Shown here piece by piece: positions 48,381 to 57,719 of a DNA stretch of 64,000 nucleotides. This DNA is from a virus (taxonomy: Duplodnaviria; Heunggongvirae; Uroviricota; Caudoviricetes). The stretch's first letter is position 1, and each line of letters begins with the position of its first letter. A program made the position numbers and the translations under genes. Below the pieces are notes generated by a model, which saw only the letters and a program-made list of their open reading frames with translations, was not told the DNA's origin and searched no databases. Location of the stretch: IMG/VR virus record IMGVR_UViG_3300029468_000001. The stretch is one strand, 5' to 3'.

Positions 48381-48410
48381 ATTTATTTATTAATCAGTAA
48401 TATTCTATAA

Positions 48411-48782
48411 TTAGTTATATCCAAATTTTCCAAATGCAACAACTTCTTCTCCATTTGAAGTATGATATTTCTCTTCAAATGTTTCTAAATAGTCATCGTC
48501 AAAAAATTCGTCACTGGTTTGAATTTCTTCATTATCAAAAATATCAGCAACTACTGAATTATCATCCCAATTGACATCTGGATACATTAAAGAATTATCC
48601 CAACGAGTAAGTTCTTTTAATTCTTCAATAATATCTTCTTTTGTTCCGAATTTCCCTTTGCCTACCCAAAATAATAATTTTCCAGAACACCATTTATCAT
48701 ATTCTTCTCCGCTACACATAGTAATTGAATGTGTGCTGCTACTATTGGTTTCAAATACACCTCGTCTAATTTGTCTCTTCAT
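48411..48782 (-). CDS. hypothetical protein; N-terminus MKRQIRRGVFETNSSSTHSI is paralogous to 49193..49369
   Basis: 17 of 20 N-terminal residues identical to the upstream ORF although many codons differ synonymously. Confidence 0.5.
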   Translation of the reverse strand: MKRQIRRGVFETNSSSTHSITMCSGEEYDKWCSGKLLFWVGKGKFGTKEDIIEELKELTRWDNSLMYPDVNWDDNSVVADIFDNEEIQTSDEFFDDDYLETFEEKYHTSNGEEVVAFGKFGYN

Positions 48783-48785
48783 AAT

Positions 48786-49241
48786 TCAATTTCCTTTCTC
48801 ATAAATTTCATAATCATTAAATTCAGGTTTTAAGTCTCCATAAATCGGATAACTCCCATAATCTGTTTCTTCTTCACCTTCATAGGTACACATTCTATCC
48901 CTGTAACTATCGTCATTATCATTGCCTGTGATGATAAAAGAATCTCCGAATAAATATCTAAATAGTTTTTCCGAATCTGATAAAATTGTATCTACAAAAT
49001 CTTTCGTTTCTCCTACGTGGTCAATGTAATTATCACCAAGATCATAATAATAATATTCTTTCCCTCTCCACCTATCTGATTCAACTTTTGGTTCTGGAAT
49101 TGAATATGTAATATTATGAGAATCCAAAATATTTTTTAATCGTGTAAGATTTTCATCTACTTCGCTTTTACTAAAACTAAAAATTGCGGTAATTAAATAT
49201 GATGCTTTATTATGTGTATCACTATATTCGTCATATCCCAC
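48786..49241 (-). CDS. hypothetical protein (GTG start, or frameshifted continuation of 49193..49369)
   Basis: open frame begins right after a TGA inside ORF 49193..49369; no in-frame ATG near its 5' end. Confidence 0.4.
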   Translation of the reverse strand: MGYDEYSDTHNKASYLITAIFSFSKSEVDENLTRLKNILDSHNITYSIPEPKVESDRWRGKEYYYYDLGDNYIDHVGETKDFVDTILSDSEKLFRYLFGDSFIITGNDNDDSYRDRMCTYEGEEETDYGSYPIYGDLKPEFNDYEIYEKGN

Positions 49242-49369
49242 CCAAACTCACCAAATTCAAAATCAATATGTTTTGGAATCTTATAATTATCTTTCTTTTT
49301 TGTAATGCAAATAGCGTGTGTACTTGACGAATTTGTTTCAAAAACTGATTTTCTTATCTGTCTTTTCAT
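49193..49369 (-). CDS. short ORF carrying the conserved N-terminal motif MKRQIRKSVFETNSSSTHAI (possible 5' part of a frameshifted gene)
   Basis: strong AAGGAGG RBS; N-terminus paralogous to 48411..48782; overlaps 48786..49241 in another frame. Confidence 0.4.
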   Translation of the reverse strand: MKRQIRKSVFETNSSSTHAICITKKKDNYKIPKHIDFEFGEFGWDMTNIVIHIIKHHI

Positions 49370-49397
49370 CTTAACCTCCTTGAAAACAACATTTCAG

Positions 49398-50498
49398 TTA
49401 TCTTAAATCTACATCATTTCGGGTTTCTCCATCAGAATAATAAATATTCCAATCATTAAATAAATTTATAAACAAATCATTATCCCATTTGTCATATTCG
49501 TTGCAATGAGTAATTGCAATTGATTTTGTGTTTCCAAAATCTCCAATATCATCAGAACATCTATTATATAGCTCTCTTAGATTAAGATGTCCATATCTTA
49601 ATCTATCTTGAAAAGGATTTGGAACATTTGTTTTATCATACATATATTCGTTAATAAAATTTTTATTGCATTCTGATGGAAATTTCCCTGCGCCATGTCT
49701 TGTTAAATAAGTACGAGATACATAACAAGTTTCAATATTTATATCATCATTCCATTCAATATTTTCAATTATTTTCTTGGGATTTTTAATTCCAGTGTTA
49801 GATGGGGTAAGATGTGGAAAATAATCAATATTATTTTGATCAAGTAAAAGCCCTTGTGCTGCTTCAAAAATAATATTGTCATACTGATTTAAGAAATATT
49901 CATCTGAAATACACAATGAATGGCTATTCATAAAATCCAAGTCTTCTAAGAAATGTTCAAATATACCATTATCAAAAAAGATTTTTAACCATTCACCTGA
50001 TAATTCAATGTTCTCTTTTTTGAATTGTTCCAAATAGTATTCTTTAATATTGTAATCTAAATCAGTTACACCAGCTCTATATCTTTTAATTGTCTCAAAA
50101 ACCCCTAATCCACAACTACCATGTTTATTTTTACCACGACTTTCCTCAACGATTTGATTAGCCATCATATCAAATGGGGTTGTTATCATGCAATTTTGAT
50201 TAATATATACATTTGGATTATGATTAAGTTTTACTAACTCGTCATATTCTTGTTTAAAAATAATCGGATTAATAATAAAATCCTCAGATAAATATGTACT
50301 TGCATTGTTAAATATACCTGATCCAAAATGATGAAAGACATGTCTAATTGCAGTTGGTGTTGTTACAGTATGTCCTCTTTGCGCTCCACCATTTGAACAC
50401 ACAACAATGCTATTGGATTTTTGCGAAAAATAATCTGTCATCAAGCCCTTTCCTTCATCCCCAAAATTTGCTCCAATTACAATCTTAATGTCTTTCAT
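49398..50498 (-). CDS. adenylosuccinate-synthetase-family enzyme (short PurA/PurZ-like homolog)
   Basis: GDEGKG P-loop, NGGAQRGHT, FEAAQGLLLD and GAGKFP segments align with the PurA GDEGKGK, GGHNAGHT, FEGAQGTLLD and GAGPFP; 366 aa versus about 430 for PurA. Confidence 0.75.
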   Translation of the reverse strand: MKDIKIVIGANFGDEGKGLMTDYFSQKSNSIVVCSNGGAQRGHTVTTPTAIRHVFHHFGSGIFNNASTYLSEDFIINPIIFKQEYDELVKLNHNPNVYINQNCMITTPFDMMANQIVEESRGKNKHGSCGLGVFETIKRYRAGVTDLDYNIKEYYLEQFKKENIELSGEWLKIFFDNGIFEHFLEDLDFMNSHSLCISDEYFLNQYDNIIFEAAQGLLLDQNNIDYFPHLTPSNTGIKNPKKIIENIEWNDDINIETCYVSRTYLTRHGAGKFPSECNKNFINEYMYDKTNVPNPFQDRLRYGHLNLRELYNRCSDDIGDFGNTKSIAITHCNEYDKWDNDLFINLFNDWNIYYSDGETRNDVDLR

Positions 50499-50515
50499 CT
50501 TTTAATTCTCCTATT

Positions 50516-51394
50516 CTACCATGTAATTTCTTCTGAACCAGAAGATGTTGTAACTGAATTTACTACATTATTTTCTGCTTCATTAATGATAATGTCTACA
50601 ATTTCATTCGTAATACTATCCATAGTCACTTTTCTAAAATGAACATCATCAAGATATTTTCTATAAGATGTTTCAATCTCATCTTCGTCCCATCTACGAC
50701 CATGATTTACATCTAAATGATAAATATTAAATTTTTTAGAAACTTCATTATATAAATCTTTTGTTTCTACATCATCTTGAAGATTATCCCCTGTTGCTTC
50801 AATCAATCCGCTATAACGACCTCTTAACGGAAGATATGGATTAAGCTGTTCATCTCCCATAGTGATGATAATTCCTTTTCTTCCACGATTTAAACAATCA
50901 AGCTTTGTATGACGAGAACCAAAATACCATGCTGCGGTATAAGACTCGTAATTATTTCCGCCACCACCAAATTCAAAATAAATTTTATCAAGCTGTTCAG
51001 CAATACGAATATCTGATTCAAACTGAGAAGCTTGAATAGGGTAAATGTCACATGCTAAATCTCCAATCCCCATAATGAGAAATTCAACATCTGTTACTTT
51101 CTCATATAATTTAGTCATAATTACATTGAGTTTCTTTGCTACTTCAACGGCAGCTTGTCCCATAGATCCAGTAACATCTAATGCTAAAATAACTGGAACT
51201 GTATTTGGATGTTCTTCTGTGTCGCAACATTCCCTGATTACATTTTTGGGATTCAGTGCAGGATCAATATTTGTAGCTTTGAACATATCCTGATTAGAAT
51301 AAGAACCACTAATTGTTCCATCTTTTGAAACACTTCTTCCTACTGATTTTGAATAACTTGTATAACTAGCTCTTGTCCATGATCCACATCCCAT
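50516..51394 (-). CDS. von Willebrand factor A (vWA)-like protein
   Basis: MIDAS-like VILALDVTGSM and overall vWA-like layout. Confidence 0.5.
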   Translation of the reverse strand: MGCGSWTRASYTSYSKSVGRSVSKDGTISGSYSNQDMFKATNIDPALNPKNVIRECCDTEEHPNTVPVILALDVTGSMGQAAVEVAKKLNVIMTKLYEKVTDVEFLIMGIGDLACDIYPIQASQFESDIRIAEQLDKIYFEFGGGGNNYESYTAAWYFGSRHTKLDCLNRGRKGIIITMGDEQLNPYLPLRGRYSGLIEATGDNLQDDVETKDLYNEVSKKFNIYHLDVNHGRRWDEDEIETSYRKYLDDVHFRKVTMDSITNEIVDIIINEAENNVVNSVTTSSGSEEITW

Positions 51395-51395
51395 A

Positions 51396-52004
51396 TTATG
51401 CTTCCTCCTCTTCTTCTACATCTGTATCATTGTCTGTATCAAAATCAAACATTCCATCAAACATTTCTCCCATATTTCCACCCATCATCATAAATGGTAA
51501 CATAGCACTCATTCCTCCACTATTTCCATTTAGCATTCCAGAAGAATTGTTTTCACCTTTCATCATTTGTGAAAGCATCATATATTTAAAAATATTGTTT
51601 GTGCCTTTCTTTCCTTTTAAAATATCACATCCAAACATTGAAACAATTTTCCCATAAAAATATGTATTACCCATAAATACATGTCTCTCAGGTAAAATAG
51701 TTTCTACTGTTGAATCTTCATAATTGATTACAGTAATTTTAGTTTTATCAGATTCAATAACACATTTTGGTTTATTATTAACTAAAATAATATCACCTTT
51801 TTCTACTTTATTTGTTGGAATTACAAAGAAAAATTCTTCTCCAATATCAAACACAAAATTGCTACAATTAGTAAGTTTACTTGTTTTAACATTGTAGCTT
51901 TTGTATCCGTTTGATGTTTTTACTGCAATTCCTCCATTCATTGAAAGCCTACACATTCCACTTCCAACTTTCCCAAACATCCCGTTTAAAAAATTGTTCA
52001 TCAT
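51396..52004 (-). CDS. hypothetical protein with Met/Gly-rich low-complexity C-terminus and acidic tail
   Basis: 202-aa ORF. Confidence 0.5.
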   Translation of the reverse strand: MMNNFLNGMFGKVGSGMCRLSMNGGIAVKTSNGYKSYNVKTSKLTNCSNFVFDIGEEFFFVIPTNKVEKGDIILVNNKPKCVIESDKTKITVINYEDSTVETILPERHVFMGNTYFYGKIVSMFGCDILKGKKGTNNIFKYMMLSQMMKGENNSSGMLNGNSGGMSAMLPFMMMGGNMGEMFDGMFDFDTDNDTDVEEEEEA

Positions 52005-52080
52005 TCTTTATTCCTCCTGTTTTATATATTATTTATTATTATGTGCTTTATTTCTCCAAATGAAACTGCCGTTTCAGACA

Positions 52081-52584
52081 TTATTTTATTTCAAATTTAA
52101 TAGGTAACATTGCTGTAAATCTACAGTATAACCAAGGTTTGTCTTCTGTTTTAAATTTTTCCCTATCCGTTTCAGAAGCTAATATAAAATCACCTATGGT
52201 ATAAATTATAGTATGTCCTGATAGATCTTTTGGAATTTTTACAGATTTAAAATAAGTTTTAAGATTTATGATGTTTTCTATACATATTTCCATCAGTTCA
52301 TAAAGATGCGCATAAGTTCCATCAGATGAGCAACGCTGCATTGTAAAATAATCATATTCGGCATCTGGATTATAAATGATTTTTACCTTAAATGTATCTT
52401 TATTTAGAATGTTATATTCAAATGTCTGATTACATAAGATAGAACCTGTGATTGCTAATTTTAATGATTTTTTGAGAACCTCAAACGATGTTTGTTCTTC
52501 CATCCAGTCATATTTATTATTCTCCATACCGTTTGTTCCACCTGATTTAATTCTCTCTTTAATAAATTCTAATGACTTTCCCAT
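52081..52584 (-). CDS. hypothetical protein (start moved to internal ATG giving TAATG coupling; longest ORF extends to 52647)
   Basis: a longer start would overlap the upstream gene by 64 nt; the internal ATG gives a canonical stop/start overlap. Confidence 0.45.
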   Translation of the reverse strand: MGKSLEFIKERIKSGGTNGMENNKYDWMEEQTSFEVLKKSLKLAITGSILCNQTFEYNILNKDTFKVKIIYNPDAEYDYFTMQRCSSDGTYAHLYELMEICIENIINLKTYFKSVKIPKDLSGHTIIYTIGDFILASETDREKFKTEDKPWLYCRFTAMLPIKFEIK

Positions 52585-52964
52585 TAATTCATTTCCTTTA
52601 ATTTCTTCTCGGCTTCTTCTTTTGTAGCAAATACAAACGTTCCCCAAGGTTTACACATGTCAACAGTAAAACGATCCGCAAGAATAGTTGCATTCTTACC
52701 TGTCATACTTGTATAGATACAATATACAATCGTACCGATAGGTACTGGTAATCTAAACAGTAATTCATGTTCTTCTGCTTCTTTATAAAATTTTAATTCT
52801 TCCAACCACTTCACAAGCTGCTCATGTTCTTCGGCACATTTTACGCAATTAGCTTTTATATCATCATCTACAGGATCAAGTGACTCAAAATCTGCACCTC
52901 TATAATTTTTTTCTGCTACTTCTTTTGCATGATCAATAGCATCTTCAAGTGTTAATCTCTCCAT
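52584..52964 (-). CDS. hypothetical protein
   Basis: 126-aa ORF. Confidence 0.5.
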   Translation of the reverse strand: MERLTLEDAIDHAKEVAEKNYRGADFESLDPVDDDIKANCVKCAEEHEQLVKWLEELKFYKEAEEHELLFRLPVPIGTIVYCIYTSMTGKNATILADRFTVDMCKPWGTFVFATKEEAEKKLKEMN

Positions 52965-52976
52965 CTACTCCACCTC

Positions 52977-53207
52977 TTAAAACTGTATATCGTCTAAAGT
53001 TATATAAATCGCATGAGGAATAAAACAAATAATCATCATAATACATTTCAACAACACTAATGGTAATGTTGCCATCATACAAAGTATACACCAAATACAC
53101 GCCCATTTGTTTTTCTTCCACCAATCAATAGGAGTCCCGTTTATACCCCCGTTTTTATCTTCTAACGCTCTTACAGCAATTCTACTTATTGCAATCAATC
53201 GCTTCAC
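52977..53207 (-). CDS. small membrane protein
   Basis: hydrophobic helix. Confidence 0.4.
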   Translation of the reverse strand: MKRLIAISRIAVRALEDKNGGINGTPIDWWKKNKWACIWCILCMMATLPLVLLKCIMMIICFIPHAIYITLDDIQF

Positions 53208-53518
53208 CTCTCAAACTTAATCTTCTTATCAATGTATTTCTCTATAATCGCATCCAATTCATCAGAATATGTTTTCACAACATAATTGCGGTCAATCTTT
53301 ATATTGGTAATTGCATTATGATCGTCTACCCAAATTCCACCAATTGTCCTACCAGGAACACGAATTAGGAAATTATGAAATCCATTGACATTTCGATAAT
53401 CGAGTAAATAATGCTCATAATACTTATAGGCTTTTTTATCAAATCCTGCGCAATGGTCTAAGTCTTCTGTGAGTTTGCAATAATATGATTGATTATTATA
53501 TTTATCTTTTAGAACCAT
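53204..53518 (-). CDS. hypothetical protein
   Basis: 104-aa ORF. Confidence 0.45.
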   Translation of the reverse strand: MVLKDKYNNQSYYCKLTEDLDHCAGFDKKAYKYYEHYLLDYRNVNGFHNFLIRVPGRTIGGIWVDDHNAITNIKIDRNYVVKTYSDELDAIIEKYIDKKIKFER

Positions 53519-53554
53519 ATTTTTCTCCTACAAATTTTGAAAACCGTGTTTAAA

Positions 53555-54148
53555 CTAACTATATTTTTCTTCTATACTATCGGCTTCTTTAATAGTAAGA
53601 TTTCTTACTGCATTAAACTGATCTTTATATGATAAATCGTCAAATTCATATACTGTCATATTTTTTAATTCTTCTAAAGAATACGATTTATTTTCAACCA
53701 TATTTTCATCACCGATAATACAAGCAAGACTAATTCCATTTTCATCTTTATAAAATTTATAATTCTCAAATCCTGTTGCTTTGTCATATACACTATCATA
53801 TAATCTTTGTCTAAATTCTGAAATCTGACACATATATTCCGCTAAAATGCTATATGATTTTACTGATCCAATTGATGTGTCACCGTAACTCTCTTTAAAA
53901 ATCGCATCGTCTTTTAAAATATCTGAAACATAAATATATCTCCCATTACTTCTCTTTAATACTTCTTCTGTTTCTTTATCTGAAATATATCCTTTACCAA
54001 GCATCCAGAACAATAATGGTGTCCCGTTTACAATACGTTCATTGTAATCAATGTAATCTTCTCCAGCTTCTTCCATAAATCTATGGAATACACAATAACA
54101 TAAGAATGGATCTTTTAGTTCGTCTGGTGATTTAATAATACAACTCAT
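53555..54148 (-). CDS. hypothetical protein
   Basis: 197-aa ORF. Confidence 0.5.
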   Translation of the reverse strand: MSCIIKSPDELKDPFLCYCVFHRFMEEAGEDYIDYNERIVNGTPLLFWMLGKGYISDKETEEVLKRSNGRYIYVSDILKDDAIFKESYGDTSIGSVKSYSILAEYMCQISEFRQRLYDSVYDKATGFENYKFYKDENGISLACIIGDENMVENKSYSLEELKNMTVYEFDDLSYKDQFNAVRNLTIKEADSIEEKYS

Positions 54149-54182
54149 AAATTATTCCTCCTTGTAAAACTCGTGTTTCAAG

Positions 54183-54335
54183 TCACACAATGTAATTATA
54201 AATATATCTTGCATCAATAAAAGTTTTACCATAATTAATATTAAAAAAAGTAATCTCATAACCAACACCTAAAATATTAGTTATTTCACCTTCCATTTCT
54301 CCAATTTTAATTTCTTTTCCAATTAAATCAGACAT
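54183..54335 (-). CDS. small hypothetical protein (50 aa)
   Basis: short ORF in the 210-bp gap; weak RBS. Confidence 0.3.
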   Translation of the reverse strand: MSDLIGKEIKIGEMEGEITNILGVGYEITFFNINYGKTFIDARYIYNYIV

Positions 54336-54358
54336 TTTTATTGTTTCTTCCTTATTCA

Positions 54359-55093
54359 TTATTCTCTTATTTCAAATAGCTTTTCTATCGCTTTTACTCT
54401 TTTATTATTATCAATAGTTCTCCTAACTTCCTGTTGCCAAATACATTCCCATTCTGACGGTGCTTCATGTTCACTAACCAATACAATATTTTTTTCACTC
54501 ATCCTTTTAGCCCAATTCCAAAATCTATCATAATCAAAATTCTTACTTGTGCCATATTGTTTTACACCTTTATAAGGTATATCACAATAAAATAAACAAT
54601 CATACATATCAGAATATAATTCTTCATAATCACCATATTGGAAAAAGACATCTTGCAAATGTGGAATTTGTTCTAATAAATTTCTTCTTGCCTCATCATA
54701 ATAATTTCTTTCTGTTCCAGTTTTGGTATGTACAATCCCAGCGTATCCACCATCAAAAAATCTACCATTATAGCTTGCAAGAAATCCAACTGCACCAATA
54801 TACCAATCTGGATATATATTCAATCCTTTATTAAAACAGTTCCTAACATCTGAGTAATGTTTTTTCGTTATAAAATCTGGAAGATTTTTAATATGATTTA
54901 GATTATTAAACATTTCAATAAGATATTTGTGATTATCAGATGCTATTTTTATATCACATTGAACTTTATCAATTACATTAGCTCCTCCACAAAATGGCTC
55001 TATGTATGTTTTTATATTATAATCTCGTAATCGTTCTTGTATAATAGGTAAAATGTTATCAACAATTCGAGATTTTGAACCCATATACTTCAC
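54359..55093 (-). CDS. dam: Dam-family N6-adenine DNA methyltransferase
   Basis: N-terminal MKYMGSKSRI...YIEPFCGGANV (motif I) and CDIPY (DPPY variant) in the order typical of D12-class MTases. Confidence 0.75.
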   Translation of the reverse strand: MKYMGSKSRIVDNILPIIQERLRDYNIKTYIEPFCGGANVIDKVQCDIKIASDNHKYLIEMFNNLNHIKNLPDFITKKHYSDVRNCFNKGLNIYPDWYIGAVGFLASYNGRFFDGGYAGIVHTKTGTERNYYDEARRNLLEQIPHLQDVFFQYGDYEELYSDMYDCLFYCDIPYKGVKQYGTSKNFDYDRFWNWAKRMSEKNIVLVSEHEAPSEWECIWQQEVRRTIDNNKRVKAIEKLFEIRE

Positions 55094-55167
55094 ATTTTAT
55101 ACCAGAAAGGTAGATATCTCTTACGGTTGCAACGCCTTGTTCCTTTCTGTTAAATTGAAATTGTTTA

Positions 55168-55545
55168 TTATTGTTTATATTTTTCTATAAAATCTAATTC
55201 TTCATTAGATTCCATTCTCTCATATTCTTTTATCCATTGATGAGCAGTATATCTATTGTTATTTATATTCTTCCATAAGTTTTCGTCAAACGGTTTATCA
55301 CATTCACAAATAAGTACGTGTTGACAAAACAGGAATATTTGACGGGAATATTCGGCAGAATAGCCGCGAAGTTTAGAATTTGAAATATACATTGTGTCAT
55401 ATAGATAACTATAACTGTCAGCTAAAACAGAATCATATATTTCAGTCTTTGCGTTCCAATAGCAGCAAACTTTATAATATAAATCATTCATTTTATCTGG
55501 TGGATGTAGGTATATCTGACTTCTCCATTCATAAGGTTCTAACAT
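55168..55545 (-). CDS. hypothetical protein
   Basis: 125-aa ORF. Confidence 0.45.
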   Translation of the reverse strand: MLEPYEWRSQIYLHPPDKMNDLYYKVCCYWNAKTEIYDSVLADSYSYLYDTMYISNSKLRGYSAEYSRQIFLFCQHVLICECDKPFDENLWKNINNNRYTAHQWIKEYERMESNEELDFIEKYKQ

Positions 55546-55569
55546 ATATCACCATATCCTCCTATAGAC

Positions 55570-55857
55570 TTAATTTTCTTCATTGATAACAATTCCACCT
55601 TGAATAATTACACGTTTTCCATTCTCATCATCAAAGTAAACTTCGTTATCATCTTCTGTCACATCAAACTTACCAGTCCAACTTTTGATTTCCTGACCGT
55701 TATAGTCGTACACTGTTACTTTGCGATTAAGTCCACCAGTCCAATTACTCACTGTAGATTTCATACTTCTGTCCCAACTAGCTGTACATCCAGAAAATGA
55801 AACCAAGGAAACAATTCCGATAGTTAAGATTCCAATTTTAAACCATTTGTTTTTCAT
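55570..55857 (-). CDS. putative lipoprotein
   Basis: signal peptide with lipobox LVSFSGC. Confidence 0.5.
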   Translation of the reverse strand: MKNKWFKIGILTIGIVSLVSFSGCTASWDRSMKSTVSNWTGGLNRKVTVYDYNGQEIKSWTGKFDVTEDDNEVYFDDENGKRVIIQGGIVINEEN

Positions 55858-55912
55858 TATAAAATTATCTCCTTTTCAATTCATACAAAATATATGTTAA
55901 TTCTCTTTGTAT

Positions 55913-56137
55913 TTAATCGTCTGGATCAAATTTCAATCTTTCATATAGTTCATCATCCGCAGCCAATCTTAAAGCAAAATCACTAAACTTATCTCTACAT
56001 GAAGAACACAATAGAACTTCTTTTGAAAGATATTTTGAAAAATATGTACAACCAGACGTTCCATATATTTTTATTGGTATACAATAAGATTTATTATTTG
56101 TTTCTTTTCCACATAAATCACAATAGTATTTAACCAT
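55913..56137 (-). CDS. zinc-finger protein
   Basis: CDLCGK...CSSC. Confidence 0.45.
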   Translation of the reverse strand: MVKYYCDLCGKETNNKSYCIPIKIYGTSGCTYFSKYLSKEVLLCSSCRDKFSDFALRLAADDELYERLKFDPDD

Positions 56138-56167
56138 TTATTATTTCTCCTTGAAATAAATTTTTCA

Positions 56168-56320
56168 TCATGCAAAAAACATTACAAAAATAGTTACTAT
56201 TAAGGGGATGCTCATTATACTAACAACATCTATATTTCTTTTACATATCATTCCAGTCATAGAAATTGTTGTACATACAACCCACATAACAATTAACAAA
56301 ATTGTCGTGCCTGTAATCAT
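56168..56320 (-). CDS. small hydrophobic membrane protein (50 aa)
   Basis: AAGGAG RBS; TAATG overlap with upstream gene. Confidence 0.45.
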   Translation of the reverse strand: MITGTTILLIVMWVVCTTISMTGMICKRNIDVVSIMSIPLIVTIFVMFFA

Positions 56321-56628
56321 TACTTCTCCTTCACAATCTTCACAGGATAACCAAGAGCTTCTTCAATATCTTCTAATGTCATTTCTTTTACTTTCTGGAT
56401 TATTGAAATATCACCATATACTCTTAACACATGAGAAAACAATCCAGAAATCAACGATTTATAAATTCCATAACAACATTCATTCTCAATTTTTATATCA
56501 ATATCATCTAAAATTTTTCTACTTAATAAAATATTTTCAATGTGAAGAATTGTATCTCCTCTATCTAAATCAATATTTAAAAAATATCCATCATCTGTTT
56601 CATTTAATTTTAAATTAATAATTTTCAT
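56320..56628 (-). CDS. hypothetical protein
   Basis: 102-aa ORF. Confidence 0.5.
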   Translation of the reverse strand: MKIINLKLNETDDGYFLNIDLDRGDTILHIENILLSRKILDDIDIKIENECCYGIYKSLISGLFSHVLRVYGDISIIQKVKEMTLEDIEEALGYPVKIVKEK

Positions 56629-56650
56629 TTAACATGTTCCTTTCTTCCAT

Positions 56651-56679
56651 TTGACAAAATATAAAAAACAATCTATATA
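56651..56679 (+). promoter_or_regulatory. sigma70-like promoter on the plus strand (TTGACA, 17 nt, TATATA), antisense to the coding strand
   Basis: consensus -35 with 17-nt spacer seen in sequence; could be chance in AT-rich DNA. Confidence 0.15.
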
Positions 56680-56792
56680 AGAAAACATTTCAACTACTCT
56701 ATTTCTGTTCTTCTTTCTAACTCTTTTCTTTTTGTGATACCAAGATAAAATAGAGCATTTTATAAATTGTTTGCACCATTTCAATTCTTTGC

Positions 56793-57116
56793 TCATATAT
56801 TCAATCCCATATATGTAAAAATTTCCTCTGTTGTCATACCACTATTAACCACCACATTCAATGCTTTAGTTATCATTTTTACTGTCCTTGTAAAATTCTT
56901 TTTTCTGATACGTTTCTTTTTATGATGTTGTGCCAAATTGTCACATTTAACAAACATTTTATATGTTTTTAATTCTTCTAACATATATCTATCCCCTTGA
57001 AAGACGGGTTTCATGAACAAAAATCCCCACGAAATTATCACATTTGCTATCATTCCACCAATAAAAACAATCCAGCCTAACTTTCTACGAAATTTATGTA
57101 TCTTTTCTTTGCTCAT
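56793..57116 (-). CDS. membrane protein
   Basis: TM helix WIVFIGGMIANVIISWGFLF. Confidence 0.45.
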   Translation of the reverse strand: MSKEKIHKFRRKLGWIVFIGGMIANVIISWGFLFMKPVFQGDRYMLEELKTYKMFVKCDNLAQHHKKKRIRKKNFTRTVKMITKALNVVVNSGMTTEEIFTYMGLNI

Positions 57117-57553
57117 TTCTCTCCGATCAACTCTTTGTATACTTTTAATTTCTCCGCTAACTCAGGATTATTACTTGCGTACATCTCATAATCCATTGCT
57201 AAAATCATTTTATCCATCTGTCTCTTAATCTTATCAGCTTCTTTCTTACGTTCTGCTTTCTCTTTGCGTTCTTCGATACGTTTATCATATGCAGATGTAT
57301 CAACATCAACTTTACAGATAACTTCGGCGGTGATATTTACATTACATTCATCTGGCGCAATAATGTCATCAATCGTAAGGATGTCTTTATTTGCACCACT
57401 AACTAAAATTTTATCGCCTACATTATAAGTTTCTCCATCATCATAAATTGCATAATAATATTTCTTTTTGTAATAACCCTCTTTTGTTACTGCAACTGCT
57501 TTATATCCTTCTAATTTTGCCATGTTATCATCCTCACTTTCGATTACTACCAC
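57113..57553 (-). CDS. hypothetical protein
   Basis: 146-aa ORF. Confidence 0.5.
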   Translation of the reverse strand: MVVIESEDDNMAKLEGYKAVAVTKEGYYKKKYYYAIYDDGETYNVGDKILVSGANKDILTIDDIIAPDECNVNITAEVICKVDVDTSAYDKRIEERKEKAERKKEADKIKRQMDKMILAMDYEMYASNNPELAEKLKVYKELIGEK

Positions 57554-57719
57554 ATCTTTTTATCTACAACAAGAATTGTACCATTATCAAATTCAATTTT
57601 TACAGCATTTAGATATTCTTTACTAATGTCTTCAATAACTATACCTTCTTTGCCATACATCTTATAAACATAACCTAAATATTTAACCCTAATCCCTACA
57701 CAGCTCAATCATTTACACC

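Noticed and set aside
47478-49369. Calling the two MKRQIR...FETNSSSTH proteins bona fide RiPP precursors
   Set aside because: The conserved leader-like N-terminus and the adjacent radical SAM fit a RiPP cluster. The proteins are 123 aa and about 196 aa if fused, long for precursors, and no protease or transporter is nearby. I kept this as a hypothesis in the findings only.
51396-52004. Met/Gly-rich C-terminus (GMLNGNSGGMSAMLPFMMMGGNMGEMFDGMFDFD) as a DNA-level repeat or mobile element
   Set aside because: It is compositional low-complexity protein sequence. There is no DNA-level tandem repeat and no flanking inverted repeats.
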